A stretch of 63,914 nt of DNA from Candidatus Omnitrophota bacterium (GCA_022705945.1 JAKJDL010000009.1:1-63914); one strand, 5' to 3'. Numbered from the stretch's first letter, positions 19,890-30,564 are shown. The notes: generated from the sequence alone by a model not told the origin. Made by a program: numbers and translations.

Positions 19890-20899
19890 AGCATTTGCCC
19901 AACCGCTTCAAAAACTTCGTCAGGGGTAATCCTGGAAAGCCAGCCGTCCTCAGGAAGTTTTTTGCCGAAGAACGGAACCGAATAGCCGGACGGTACATAT
20001 TGCAGGGTAATGTTCTCCCCGACGCCGCGCGGACCGGTAAGATCGGGATCCGTCGGGCCGAAGATCGAAACAACACGTGCGCCGACACCCGAGGCGATAT
20101 GCATCGGTCCGGAGTCGCCCGTCACAAGACAAACGGCATCCTTGTAAATACAGGCGGAAACGCGGAGGCTTGTTTTCCCGACAAGATCGATCACTCTCGC
20201 TGTCTTGATATCCTTCAAAAACTCTTCCAATAGCGGCCTATCCCCCGGTGATCCTGTGACAACCGCGGGGATATTCCACTTGTCGTAAACCTTCCCGGCG
20301 AGTCCGGCAAAATGTCCGGCGGGCCACCGTTTCGGCTCCCAATTTGCCCCGAGATGTAAACAGATGTATTTCGAGCCTTCGGCCAGACCGTTCTCTTTCA
20401 ATATCGCCCGCGCCCGACTCTCGTCTTCGGGCTTGTAATAAAAACGTGATCTCGGCTCAACGGGCGTCTCAAAACCGGCGCTTTTCATAAGTTCCATGAA
20501 ATAGTCAAGCTGATGAAGCTTGCTTTCCGGTTCCCTGACGGGAACGGTAAGGAAAAAACCGCGGCCTTTCCCGTAGCCGACGCGTTTTTTCACGCCCGCA
20601 AGAAAGAGCATCGCGGCGCGCGAACGGGACCGGTGGAAAAGATATCCCTCCCGCCAGGGACCAAGTTTCCGGAGTTTCAAGATAAACCCGACGCGTTTCA
20701 GCCAGGAACGGTGTGTGGATTTTTCGTCAAATACGATAAAACCGCTGACGCCGGGATGCGCCTCCAGAATTTCACGACAGCGTTCCGGCGCAACACAGAA
20801 AATCTCCGAGGCCGGATAACGGTTTTTGATCAGCTCAATCGCGGGCATCTGGAAAAGAAGATCTCCCAGCCAGTTCTTCATAACCACCAGAATTTTCAT
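19886..20899 (-). CDS. waaF: LPS heptosyltransferase II-like GT9
   Basis: MKNWLGDLLFQMP, GANWEPKRWP, VTGDSGPMHIA, IFGPTDP; the NWLGD motif is typical of WaaF. Confidence 0.78.
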   Translation of the reverse strand: MKILVVMKNWLGDLLFQMPAIELIKNRYPASEIFCVAPERCREILEAHPGVSGFIVFDEKSTHRSWLKRVGFILKLRKLGPWREGYLFHRSRSRAAMLFLAGVKKRVGYGKGRGFFLTVPVREPESKLHQLDYFMELMKSAGFETPVEPRSRFYYKPEDESRARAILKENGLAEGSKYICLHLGANWEPKRWPAGHFAGLAGKVYDKWNIPAVVTGSPGDRPLLEEFLKDIKTARVIDLVGKTSLRVSACIYKDAVCLVTGDSGPMHIASGVGARVVSIFGPTDPDLTGPRGVGENITLQYVPSGYSVPFFGKKLPEDGWLSRITPDEVFEAVGQML

Positions 20900-20978
20900 T
20901 TCCCGATCATTCCTTCCCGTTTAAGCTTCAGAACGATACCGGATGTTGTTTTGCCCCGGTCTTTGAACCCGTCGGATT

Positions 20979-23087
20979 TCACGGCTCCAAAAACCTCTGA
21001 ACGGCCTCGAAAACTTCATCCACCGAAACATGCGTCAAACAGACCATCGCTTCTTTTTCCCCGCATGTCCCGCGGTAACAGGGCTGGCACGGAAGGTTCT
21101 TCATAAAAACGGCCATTTTTTTCGCGGGCGGGATGTGTCTTTTCGGATCCGTCGGGCCGAAAATCGCCGCAAAAGGAACATGCATGGCCGCGGCAACGTG
21201 AAGAAGGGCCGTATCCCCCGAAACAACAAAATGCATCTTCTGAAAAAAGGCCGGCAGATCCTCGATCCCTGTTTTGCCGAAAAGATTCACGACACGATCA
21301 GAGTCAAAATCACGGAATTCCGAAGCAAAAACCTCTTCTTCCCCGGAACCGAGGAGCAGAATCCTTGCGTCATAACGATCAAGGATCCGCCGTGCGAGTT
21401 CGCGGTAATGCCCGGGCGGCCAACGTTTGGTCGGCCATTTAGGGCTTGAACCCATCACGAAACCGACGACTTTCGTATCCGCCTTGAGGCCGAGCGGAAG
21501 CAGAACCCGTTCCGCTTTTTCGATCTGCTCCTGCCGGGGCCAGAGTTCAAGCGTATCGTCAAATTCTTGAACCCCGGCTTTAACAAGCACGCGGAACTGA
21601 TGCCGTACCGGGGAATCCGGAATCTGGAACGTCTTGTCGGGACGGTTCAATAGACCGCCCCAGAATCCCCGGGAAAAACCGCAGCGTTGGACCGCCCCGC
21701 CGAGATAGGCCAATAGATGCGTGTATTTGTTGTTTTGCAGATCGACCGACATGTCAAAGCTTTCTTCGCGGATCCTCTTCGCGGACTTGAGGAGATAAAA
21801 AGGATTTGAAAGCTTTTTCCGGTCAAGAAGGATCATATCGTCGAGATAAGGACAATCCGCCATCATGCGGGCGAGACGCCTGTCGACAAGAAGCGTGATC
21901 GTCGCGTCCGGATAACGGTGCCTGAGCATGCGAAGGCTCGGGACCACAAGAACCAGATCTCCCATCGCCCCGAGCTTGATCACGAGGATCTTCTTGCGCT
22001 TTCGCACCTCCTGATAAACCTCGACCGTCTTCCGGACCATTTGTTCAAGGTTGAATTTTTCCTCGATCTTTTTCCGCAGCGTAACGGCGTATTCCTTCGC
22101 TTGAGTCCGGTCGGTCAGCATCACCTGCATCGCTTCCGCCATGGCGGGAATGTTTTTGGGAGGAAAAAGGTAACCGCTTTTTCCGTGGTCGATAATATCC
22201 GGAACACCGCCAAGCCACGTCGCAGCCACGGGCGTTCCCACCGCGCCGGCTTCGATAATCACGCGTCCGAAAGGTTCCGGAAGCGTCGAAGAAAGGACAA
22301 GCAGGTCCGATTGGGCGAGAAGCCCGGGGACATCCCGCGACGGACCAAGCATCTTCACACAGTTTTCAAGTCCGAATTGATGGATCGTTTTTTGGATAAG
22401 CCTGGTGTATTGGGTTCGTCCCCGGTTCTCCGCTCCGGCTATCCAAACCTCAATATTCGGGAGACGGCTCCGCAGAAGATGAACTGCCTTGAGAAATTCC
22501 ACCTGGCCTTTGTTCGGAGAAAAACGACCGACATGAATAATCCGGAGTTTTTTAGGTTTTTCTTCGAAACGCTTCAATGAAAAGCTGAATTGGGAAAGGT
22601 CCACGCCGCGGGGGATCAGCCGGAGCCGATCCTGGGGAACGCGGAACTCATCGATCATGCGCCTTCCGATCGCATGAGAGATCACGATCACGCGCTTTCC
22701 CCAACCCATCACATGACTAAGCAGATGAAGAGAGTAGTGGCCGTGGCAGGTCGTCACGAAAGGGACCCCCGCCTTGCGCGCCGCGAGCCAGCCGATCCAG
22801 CCCGGAACACGGCTTCGGGCATGCACAATATCGACCCGCTCCCGCTCGATGATCTTGACCAACTGATCCACGAGAAAAAGTGCCGTCAGCGATTTCTGGT
22901 GAACCGGAAGACCGTAATGCGGGACCCCCATCCTTTGAAGCTCCGCGACAAGCGAACCGCCCGACGAGACCACAACGGTCTCATAACCCTGTTTTTTCAG
23001 CGCCCGCGCAAGATCCACAACCCCCCGCTCAACACCGCCGATCTCGAGGGCCGGAAGCAATTGAAGGATCTTCATTTCCGGCTCCAT
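20979..23087 (-). CDS. GT4-GT9 fusion glycosyltransferase
   Basis: N-half: LPALEIGGVERG, HARSRVP, PEPFGRVIIEA (GT4). C-half: IKLGAMGDLVL, KRWP, VSGDTALLHVA, CQPCY (GT9). Confidence 0.9.
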   Translation of the reverse strand: MEPEMKILQLLPALEIGGVERGVVDLARALKKQGYETVVVSSGGSLVAELQRMGVPHYGLPVHQKSLTALFLVDQLVKIIERERVDIVHARSRVPGWIGWLAARKAGVPFVTTCHGHYSLHLLSHVMGWGKRVIVISHAIGRRMIDEFRVPQDRLRLIPRGVDLSQFSFSLKRFEEKPKKLRIIHVGRFSPNKGQVEFLKAVHLLRSRLPNIEVWIAGAENRGRTQYTRLIQKTIHQFGLENCVKMLGPSRDVPGLLAQSDLLVLSSTLPEPFGRVIIEAGAVGTPVAATWLGGVPDIIDHGKSGYLFPPKNIPAMAEAMQVMLTDRTQAKEYAVTLRKKIEEKFNLEQMVRKTVEVYQEVRKRKKILVIKLGAMGDLVLVVPSLRMLRHRYPDATITLLVDRRLARMMADCPYLDDMILLDRKKLSNPFYLLKSAKRIREESFDMSVDLQNNKYTHLLAYLGGAVQRCGFSRGFWGGLLNRPDKTFQIPDSPVRHQFRVLVKAGVQEFDDTLELWPRQEQIEKAERVLLPLGLKADTKVVGFVMGSSPKWPTKRWPPGHYRELARRILDRYDARILLLGSGEEEVFASEFRDFDSDRVVNLFGKTGIEDLPAFFQKMHFVVSGDTALLHVAAAMHVPFAAIFGPTDPKRHIPPAKKMAVFMKNLPCQPCYRGTCGEKEAMVCLTHVSVDEVFEAVQRFLEP

Positions 23088-23157
23088 CTTCGATTACAAT
23101 TGCGCCGGAAACGCAATGACCGGCTTGCGGCAAACAATCTTGAGAAAATCATCATTC

Positions 23158-25107
23158 TCATAACAGCTCTCCCAACCTTTGGAGCAACGCGTTCTTTTCG
23201 CGGTCTTTCGCAACCCTGTCAGTTTTTTTCACAAGATCGGCCACGGTCCGCTCAAGATCCTCAATACAGCTCATGGTCACAAGCCCCCGCTGGGACAGAA
23301 CCTGATGAAAACGGTAATGTTTCGGCGGAAGTTCGCCTTCTCCAAGGTTAAGCACGATAACTTTCTTCCCTCCCCCGACGGCCTCCGAGATCATTGCGAG
23401 GCTGTCGCCTGTCACAATGACAATGTTTGCAAGGCTTATCATCGCGGATGCGGCATAGGCGGGATTGTCTTCATTCGCGATCACAAGATAACGACAGGAA
23501 GGATCCCGGGTGATCGCGGTTTTAAGAAACTGCTCAACGGGTTTTGATGTCCTTCGCGAAGTCGTAAGCATGTAACCCCCGTTCCTTTTCGAGATCTTTT
23601 TGAGCGTCATCGCAAGTTTCTCGGCATCCGATACCGTAATATCGAAGTGGCGGGTTTTGCCGCCGACAAACACCGCGATCCCGGCATCTTCAACACCGGT
23701 CACTCCGGCTTTGAGCTCGGCAACATCCGACAGGCGGTCCCTGGCCCGATAACCGCTCGGCATGATCACGCAACGGAAACTCTTTTTCGGGAGAATTCCT
23801 CCGTCATGCGCCGGCACAATGGCAAGGTCATACCGCATGATTGTATAAGGAAACGGAGGCTTCATGATCACGACGGTTTTCGCGCCGGTTTCCGCGGCCA
23901 GAAGCTGATGAACGGGAGCAAGACCCGAGCCGGCGGCGATGATAAAATCGGCACGGGCCGCCTTAACCGCCCCGAAGCTCCCGGGCTTTAAAAAACCACC
24001 GAGCCAATCGATCCGGCCCTGGATCCAGGGTTTTATAAGCGGCGCCAAAACATAAAGCAAGACACGGTGCAGCGACGAACGGTATTCAATATGGATTTTT
24101 TCGGTATCAAATTCAAGCCCCGGCCGGCCGTGGAATTCGACAAGGGAACTCATAAGCTCCTGAACAACGTCCGATTGCTTGAAGTGACCGGGTTTCCCGT
24201 CAGAAAGAATCAGGATCTTTCTTGTCCAACTGTATTTCCAGCGCTTGTTCTCCCAAAGCCATTGGTTCGGGAAACGGGAGATATAATCCTCAAGCGATGC
24301 GAGATATTGCCCCGCGAGAGACCGTATCCTTTCCTCATTCGGCAGGGAGGGATCGTCTTTCAGAACATTTTCTACAAAGATCTCGTGATGCGCATTCTTG
24401 AGGCGCACCATGTAGCTTGGCATGAGTAACGCACCGGTTCGGACCGCAAGCTCAAAAGCCCCGGTCGGCACCGATGTCTTTCTGCCGAAAAAAGGGAGAA
24501 GAATGCCTTCCGTTTTGCCCGCGGACTGGTCGCCCAGGACTCCGATCAGTTTCCCTTCACGGAGGGCGCGGATCAGGGAACGGACCCCCGCTCCCCGCGT
24601 CACCGCCACCGAGCCGTGGGTTTCGCGGAGACGGTTGAGGAGACCGTTCAACCTCGGGAACTTCTGCGCACGGGCAAGCACATGGATCGGCGTCCCCCGG
24701 AGTCCCGCGATCACCTGAAGGAGTTCCCAGTTTCCAAAGTGACCGGTCAAAAGAACTCCTCCCTTACCGGATTTTACAAGATCTTCAAAGCGCTCCAGGT
24801 GATTGATTTTGATATGATCGGAAATATGATCCGGAGTCAGCCGCGGAAAGATCATGACTTCCACGATATTCTGGCCGATATGTCCGTAATGATCGCGAAC
24901 GATTTTCCGGCGCTCCCTTGCCGTCAGCTTTTCTCCGAAAACGTTTTTAAGATTGATATAGGCAACCCGCCGTTTTTTGGAAAAAAAGAACACGGTCTTT
25001 CCTGCCAGATCCCCGAGCACAAGAGCGGTTTTGACCGGCAAAAGGCCGAAAAAAACCATCAAAAAACGCGCAAGCCCGTAGGCGGCCAGATCAAGAATTC
25101 TTTCCAT
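23158..25107 (-). CDS. Fusion of LpxL-like acyltransferase and ELM1/GtrOC1 (DUF1022) domain
   Basis: N-half HFGNWE, LGDQ, QWLWENKRWK; C-half ILSDGKPGHFKQS, IAVFVGGKTRHF, LTTSRRT, IVTGDSLAMISEA. Confidence 0.82.
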   Translation of the reverse strand: MERILDLAAYGLARFLMVFFGLLPVKTALVLGDLAGKTVFFFSKKRRVAYINLKNVFGEKLTARERRKIVRDHYGHIGQNIVEVMIFPRLTPDHISDHIKINHLERFEDLVKSGKGGVLLTGHFGNWELLQVIAGLRGTPIHVLARAQKFPRLNGLLNRLRETHGSVAVTRGAGVRSLIRALREGKLIGVLGDQSAGKTEGILLPFFGRKTSVPTGAFELAVRTGALLMPSYMVRLKNAHHEIFVENVLKDDPSLPNEERIRSLAGQYLASLEDYISRFPNQWLWENKRWKYSWTRKILILSDGKPGHFKQSDVVQELMSSLVEFHGRPGLEFDTEKIHIEYRSSLHRVLLYVLAPLIKPWIQGRIDWLGGFLKPGSFGAVKAARADFIIAAGSGLAPVHQLLAAETGAKTVVIMKPPFPYTIMRYDLAIVPAHDGGILPKKSFRCVIMPSGYRARDRLSDVAELKAGVTGVEDAGIAVFVGGKTRHFDITVSDAEKLAMTLKKISKRNGGYMLTTSRRTSKPVEQFLKTAITRDPSCRYLVIANEDNPAYAASAMISLANIVIVTGDSLAMISEAVGGGKKVIVLNLGEGELPPKHYRFHQVLSQRGLVTMSCIEDLERTVADLVKKTDRVAKDREKNALLQRLGELL

Positions 25108-26153
25108 CAGCGTTTAATCCCCAAGAGTCGGAGCAAACGGTCCGTCAGGATCTCCTCCCCCGAGCGAATCCGGAGACGCGCGGCAAGTATCAGCGGATTG
25201 AGGGCGGTCGTAATAAGATCGCGGGACCTGTAAAAATCCTTTTCGGTGGTGATGATCTCTTCAACTCCGGCCGAGCGGCTTATTTCTTTGATCTCCTCCA
25301 GGTCGGTCTCGGTATATTCGTGATGATCGAGAAATTCAAAATTGCGTACGGTTTTAATTCCGGAACGCTGGAGCACAAGCTGGAAGGACCTCGGCGTTCC
25401 CACGGCGGCAAACGTCGCGGTTTTTCTGTTCTGCATTTTTTCAATCGAGAGCCGCGCGCGGTTCTTGGCCCGGTAAAGGAAAAGCGGCTCCATGTAAGCT
25501 TCCACCAGCTGTGAACGGGGCGCAAGTACCTGGATCTGCGTCCGGAGCTGCTTCAACTGCTCGGACGTCACCAAATTGACATGGGTCAAAACCACAACCG
25601 TTGCGCGTCCGAGAACAGGCATCGGTTCCCTTAAAATTCCCCGCGGGAGAAGCTGCCCGTTGCCGAAGGGGTTCAGGGAATTGACGACAATGATCTCGAC
25701 ATCCCGCTCCACGGCAACATGTTGCAAACCATCGTCCAGGATCGCGATATCGATGCGTTTTTCTTTTCTGATCTTGAGAGCCGTCTTGACGCGATCACGT
25801 CCGACGCCGACGATCACGGCCGGCATGTGATGCCGGAATTCCTCGACCTCGTCATGATTGTAGCCGCGGGTCAGGATCAGCGGCGTCCGCCGGATCGCCG
25901 ATATTTTCCGGGCGAGAAATTCCACGAGCGGAGTTTTCCCCGTTCCGCCCCATGTCAGGTTCCCGACGCTGATAACGGGAAAAGGGAGGCGCGTCTGTTT
26001 CAGAAGTTTTTTGTCATAACTCCACCGAAAAATCCGGACCCCGACTCCGTAGAAAAAAGAGGCAATGGCAAGCAGCGGGACGCACAGTTTCGCCCGGACA
26101 TCATGACATTTTCCCTCCGCAACCAGCCTGAAATAATTCTTTAGACTTTCCAT
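25107..26153 (-). CDS. lpxK: Tetraacyldisaccharide 4'-kinase
   Basis: VISVGNLTWGGTGKTP, LTRGY, ILDDGLQH, LLPRGILREP, FLDHHEY, ITTEKD. Confidence 0.96.
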   Translation of the reverse strand: MESLKNYFRLVAEGKCHDVRAKLCVPLLAIASFFYGVGVRIFRWSYDKKLLKQTRLPFPVISVGNLTWGGTGKTPLVEFLARKISAIRRTPLILTRGYNHDEVEEFRHHMPAVIVGVGRDRVKTALKIRKEKRIDIAILDDGLQHVAVERDVEIIVVNSLNPFGNGQLLPRGILREPMPVLGRATVVVLTHVNLVTSEQLKQLRTQIQVLAPRSQLVEAYMEPLFLYRAKNRARLSIEKMQNRKTATFAAVGTPRSFQLVLQRSGIKTVRNFEFLDHHEYTETDLEEIKEISRSAGVEEIITTEKDFYRSRDLITTALNPLILAARLRIRSGEEILTDRLLRLLGIKR

Positions 26154-27471
26154 CGACTTTGTTCCTTTCCGCCGCTTCCCGGGACCCGAGGAATGCCAGC
26201 ACCCATTCCGCCTGGCGTTTGCTCGCTCCCCGAAGAAGGTTGACGATCTCGTGCGCTTTCACACCCGCATCACGGTACAGGGCCGGTTCCGTCAGGAACT
26301 TCTCTGATAATACCTTTAGGTCCCCCGGATCCTTAACGCAGAAAGCCCCGCCGCCCTGATCGAGTTCGCGGTAGATCATGTTGAAATTAAAAGTGTTCGG
26401 TCCGTGCATAACGGCACGTTTGAAGCGTGCCGCTTCGATCGGGCTCTGTCCTCCGTGAGGCACAAAACTCCCTCCCATAAAAACAAGATCCGCGATCTGA
26501 AAAATGTCTTTCAAGATTCCGAGCTCATCCACTACCAAAATGTCAAAACTCCCTTCGGAAGGTTTTTGTGCCGAAAACGCAACCCGCCGTCCGAACCGCT
26601 TGAGGGTTTCGGAAACCTTTGGCGAACGTTCAATATGCCGCGGTGCGACAATCATTTTGAGAGAGGGAAATCTGCCGCGTACTTCCGCAAACACTTCCCC
26701 CAATAACTCTTCTTCGCCGGGATGTGTGCTCCCCGCCAAAAAAACAAGGTCCGTTCGCCCAAGCCCAAACCTCTGGCGGAGCAGATTCGGCAAAGCGATT
26801 CCCTGGTAACTTCCTTCCAGCTGATCGAATTTCATATTTCCCATCGCCCGGACCGCTTCCGGCCGGACGCCAAGCCGGCGAAACCTGGCGGCGTCTTCTT
26901 CGGTTTGCGCGAGCACAAAATCGACATTCCTCCAAACTCTCTTCATGAGAAAAGAAACCGCCCGATACCTGCCGAAGGACCTTTCCGACAGCCGCCCGTT
27001 CACGACTCCCGCCGGAACATTCCTTCGTTTGGCCTCGCTCAAAAGGTTCGGCCAGATCTCGGTTTCCGCGAGAATTACAGCCTCCGGACGAATGATGTCA
27101 AAAAAACGCCGTACCGCAAATGTGATATCAAAAGGCAGGTAGGCGACATGAACCCGCGGCCCCGAAAGTTTCCTCGCGATTCTCTGACCGGTCGGCGTCA
27201 CGGTCGTAAGCACCAGATCAAAATCCCCGTTTTGGTCAAACCATTCCGCGATGAACTTTTCCACAGCGTTCACTTCCCCGACACTGACCGCGTGAAGCCA
27301 TACGGTCCTCCGGGAACCGAGACGGGCTTTCCAATCCTCGGGAAGAATGCCCCACCGCTCCCGCCAAAGCCGCTTCGGATCTTCCGCCTGTTTGATTTTC
27401 ACGAGAAAAACCGGGAGATAAAAAATCCCGAACACGGCAAAAGCCAGATTGTATAAAAAAACCGTCATCAT
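26101..27471 (-). CDS. waaA: Kdo transferase
   Basis: WLHAVSVGEV, YLPFD, ETEIWPN, VNGRLSERSF, GNMKFD, AGSTHPGEE, APRHIER, MGGSFVPHGG; start near MMTVF. Confidence 0.95.
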   Translation of the reverse strand: MMTVFLYNLAFAVFGIFYLPVFLVKIKQAEDPKRLWRERWGILPEDWKARLGSRRTVWLHAVSVGEVNAVEKFIAEWFDQNGDFDLVLTTVTPTGQRIARKLSGPRVHVAYLPFDITFAVRRFFDIIRPEAVILAETEIWPNLLSEAKRRNVPAGVVNGRLSERSFGRYRAVSFLMKRVWRNVDFVLAQTEEDAARFRRLGVRPEAVRAMGNMKFDQLEGSYQGIALPNLLRQRFGLGRTDLVFLAGSTHPGEEELLGEVFAEVRGRFPSLKMIVAPRHIERSPKVSETLKRFGRRVAFSAQKPSEGSFDILVVDELGILKDIFQIADLVFMGGSFVPHGGQSPIEAARFKRAVMHGPNTFNFNMIYRELDQGGGAFCVKDPGDLKVLSEKFLTEPALYRDAGVKAHEIVNLLRGASKRQAEWVLAFLGSREAAERNKVDGKSKELFQAGCGGKMS

Positions 27472-27556
27472 TAGCCAGATCCCTAAAGAACCGGATACCG
27501 GATCGCGCAAAACCGTTTTCCCGTCATTCGTTCAAAGTTGCGCTTCATCCTGAGTT

Positions 27557-28435
27557 TCATGCCCGCGGATGCGCCGCAAGATAGGCATCCTTCAGACGCT
27601 GGGTCGTCACATGCGTGTAAATTTGCGTCGTCGAAAGATTCGCGTGTCCCAGAAGCTCCTGAACGCTCCGGAGATCGGCACCCCGGTCCAGCATATGCGT
27701 CGCGAAGGAATGCCTGAGCGTATGCGGGGAAATCTCTTTGCCAAGCCCCGTTCGTTTCACGTATTTCAGGATCATGCGCCGGATGCTCCGGTCCGTCAAA
27801 CGGCCGCCGAGGCGGCTCACGAACAGGGGTTTTTTGATAGCGGGCTGCGACTCCTTCGGCGGCTTTTGATCCAGGTAACTTTTGAGGCAATTCAGAGCAA
27901 TCTGCCCGACCGGCACGATCCTCTCTTTTTTCCCCTTGCCCCGGACCCGCAGAAGGGCGCTGAAAAGATCGCAGTCGTCATGGTTGAGTCCCACCAGTTC
28001 GCTCACCCGCAGTCCCGAACTGTAAAGAATCTCGAGAATCGCCTTGTCACGTTTCTCCTCCCAGTTCGCCTTTGACGGAGCTTCCAAAAGCCTTGTGATC
28101 TCGTCGAGATTAAGAAATTCCGGTAAACGTTTTTCTTTTTTAGGTGTCGCGATCCCCGCGGCCGGGTTTTGGGTCAGGATATTTTCTCGGGCAAGGTATT
28201 TAAAAAAAGAACGGAGGCACGCGAGCTTGCGGGCAATGGAACTCTTTCTGTATTCGCGCGTCTTAAGAAACGCGAGAAAAGAACGGATGTCGAGATACGT
28301 AAGCTCTTGAAGGCTTTTTTCCCCCAGGAACTTCATGAATTCCCGGAGGTCGATCGCATAATTTTTCGTCGTGTGTTCGGAGGCGCCTTTCTCGGTAGTC
28401 AAGTACCCGAGAAAATCCTCGACCCGTTTGTCCAT
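27557..28435 (-). CDS. xerC: Tyrosine recombinase XerC
   Basis: SEHTTKNYAIDL, RDKAILEILYSSGLRVSEL, GKGKKERIVP, HTLRHSFATH, LLGHANLSTTQIY; follows topA; start at MDKRV. Confidence 0.9.
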   Translation of the reverse strand: MDKRVEDFLGYLTTEKGASEHTTKNYAIDLREFMKFLGEKSLQELTYLDIRSFLAFLKTREYRKSSIARKLACLRSFFKYLARENILTQNPAAGIATPKKEKRLPEFLNLDEITRLLEAPSKANWEEKRDKAILEILYSSGLRVSELVGLNHDDCDLFSALLRVRGKGKKERIVPVGQIALNCLKSYLDQKPPKESQPAIKKPLFVSRLGGRLTDRSIRRMILKYVKRTGLGKEISPHTLRHSFATHMLDRGADLRSVQELLGHANLSTTQIYTHVTTQRLKDAYLAAHPRA

Positions 28436-28437
28436 CG

Positions 28438-30564
28438 TCACTGCCCCTGGGGCCGCTGAGCATCTTGCGGCGCGGAGGAAGATTCGTCTTCCTTTTTCGG
28501 AAGGTTGTTCGTAACGTAGGTACACCGGGGATAATTTGAACACCCGTAAAACGACCGGCGCCCCTTCGCCTTGCGCTTCACAAGTTCCCCTCCGCATCCC
28601 GGTTCCGGGCAGAAAAATCCGGTCGGGATAGAACGCGTATACTTGCAATCCGGGAAACCCGAACACGCCAGGAATTTCCCGAATCTTCCGAACTTGATCA
28701 CAAGGAATTTGCCGCAGGTATCACATTTATATTCCGTCGGCACCGCCTCCTGCTTGAAGTTTTTCATTTCTTCGCGCGCCTTCGCGAGAAGTTCGTTGAA
28801 GGGACCGCTAAAATCGTAAAGCACTTTTTTCCATTCGATCTTCCCCTCCTCAACCTCGTCAAGCTCTTCTTCCATTAACGCCGTGAACTCCGCCTCAAGT
28901 ACTTTGGGGAAATACTGAACCAGCAGATCGGTCACGGTTTCTCCGAGTTCCGTCGGCATAAGCGCACCGCCTTTTCGTTCGCAGTAATCGCGGTCGAGAA
29001 GCGTCGAAATGGTCGGAGCGTAAGTGCTCGGCCGGCCAATCCCTTTTTCTTCCAAAAGCCGCACAAGACTCGCGTCATTAAACCGGGCCGGCGGCTTCGT
29101 GAAATGCTGTTCCCCCGGGAGTTCGAGAAGTTTCAGCTTTTGCCCGACCTTAAGCTCGGGGACTTCCGAAACCTCCGGAGTGTCATCTTCTCCGTCCTTC
29201 GCGGTATCCCGCTCAGTCCTGATTTCGCCGAACGCCGCCGAAAATCCCGGAAAGACATTCCGGGTTCCCGTCGTTTTAAACCAGAATTTCTCACCCGCCA
29301 GGATCAGAATTGATGTCACTTCATCGACGGCGGGGACCATCTGCGACGCAATGAATTTCCTCCAAATAAGCTCATAAAGCTTGAGCTCGTCCTCGGCGAG
29401 GAATTCTTTCAAGGAGTCCGGGGTCCGGTATGCGGACGTGGGGCGGATCGCTTCGTGAGCTTCCTGCGCGCTCTTGCGGGATTTATAGACCGGCGGTTCT
29501 TTCGGGAGATAATCCGCTCCGAATTTTTCCGTAATGAACTGGGCCGCTTCCTTTTGGGCAGAAACAGCGACGTTGACCGAATCGGTGCGCATGTAAGTAA
29601 TCAAGCCCACGCTTCCTTCACTGCCGAGTTCAACACCTTCGTAAAGCCGCTGCGCGATCCTCATGGTGTTCGCGGAGGAAAATCCGATGCGCGTATAAGA
29701 CTCTTGCTGAAGTTTGCTGGTCGTGTAAGGCGCTTGGGGGCGGCGGCGTTTTTCGGTTTTATCGATCTTGGCAACCTCAAAAGGGAGACCCTCAAGCTCC
29801 TTTTTGACTTTTTCGGTTTCAACCGCGTCCGGGAGGACGGGTTTCTCGCTCCCGATCCTGCTAAGACGGGAGAGGAATGTTTTTTCCTGTTCGGGACCGT
29901 CCACAGACGACAACCTCGCGTCAAGCGTCCAGTATTCCTGCGGAACAAATTTGCGGATCTCGCGTTCCCTGTCCACGATGAAGCGGAGCGCTACGGACTG
30001 CACGCGGCCGGCACTGAGTCCCCGTCCGACTTTTTTCCAAAGAAGCGGACTCAGCTGATACCCGACGATCCGGTCAAGAACGCGGCGCGCCTGTTGGGCA
30101 TTGACCAGATTAATCGCGATCTCACGGGGATGTTGAAAGGCCTCCAGAACCGCGTCCCTGGTGATTTCATTAAATTCAACCCGGTGGATCCGGAGGTCCT
30201 TGTTCGCTTCGCTGAAAATGTGGGCCAAATGCCAGCTGATGGCTTCGCCTTCCCTGTCGGGGTCAGTCGCAAGATAAACCGAGATCTTTCCTTCCGCAGA
30301 GGCTTTCAGATGTTTGGCTGTTTTGATGTTCTTGGGGGAAATAATGTATTCGGGGGTAAAATCATTCTCAATGTCCACACCCATCCGACTCTTGGGAAGG
30401 TCCCTCACGTGACCCATCGAGGCTTCTACCTGGTAATCTTTTCCGAGAAACTTATTAATCGTCTTGGCTTTGGCAGGCGACTCAACAATCACTAGATTGC
30501 TGGCATCCGAGACCCTTGCGGTCCCTTTTTTCTTTTTTGAGGACGTTCTTTTCGGTTTAGCCAC
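28438..30564 (-). CDS. topA: DNA topoisomerase I
   Basis: LVIVESPAKAKTI, ATDPDREGEAI, SAGRVQS, LITYMRTD, AHEAIRPT, GIGRPSTY; two C-terminal C4 zinc ribbons. Confidence 0.98.
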   Translation of the reverse strand: MAKPKRTSSKKKKGTARVSDASNLVIVESPAKAKTINKFLGKDYQVEASMGHVRDLPKSRMGVDIENDFTPEYIISPKNIKTAKHLKASAEGKISVYLATDPDREGEAISWHLAHIFSEANKDLRIHRVEFNEITRDAVLEAFQHPREIAINLVNAQQARRVLDRIVGYQLSPLLWKKVGRGLSAGRVQSVALRFIVDREREIRKFVPQEYWTLDARLSSVDGPEQEKTFLSRLSRIGSEKPVLPDAVETEKVKKELEGLPFEVAKIDKTEKRRRPQAPYTTSKLQQESYTRIGFSSANTMRIAQRLYEGVELGSEGSVGLITYMRTDSVNVAVSAQKEAAQFITEKFGADYLPKEPPVYKSRKSAQEAHEAIRPTSAYRTPDSLKEFLAEDELKLYELIWRKFIASQMVPAVDEVTSILILAGEKFWFKTTGTRNVFPGFSAAFGEIRTERDTAKDGEDDTPEVSEVPELKVGQKLKLLELPGEQHFTKPPARFNDASLVRLLEEKGIGRPSTYAPTISTLLDRDYCERKGGALMPTELGETVTDLLVQYFPKVLEAEFTALMEEELDEVEEGKIEWKKVLYDFSGPFNELLAKAREEMKNFKQEAVPTEYKCDTCGKFLVIKFGRFGKFLACSGFPDCKYTRSIPTGFFCPEPGCGGELVKRKAKGRRSFYGCSNYPRCTYVTNNLPKKEDESSSAPQDAQRPQGQ

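Noticed and set aside
27557-28435. Tyrosine recombinase as a prophage or island integrase
   Set aside because: Length, motifs and the topA-xerC context fit chromosomal XerC; no att-like repeats or cargo seen.
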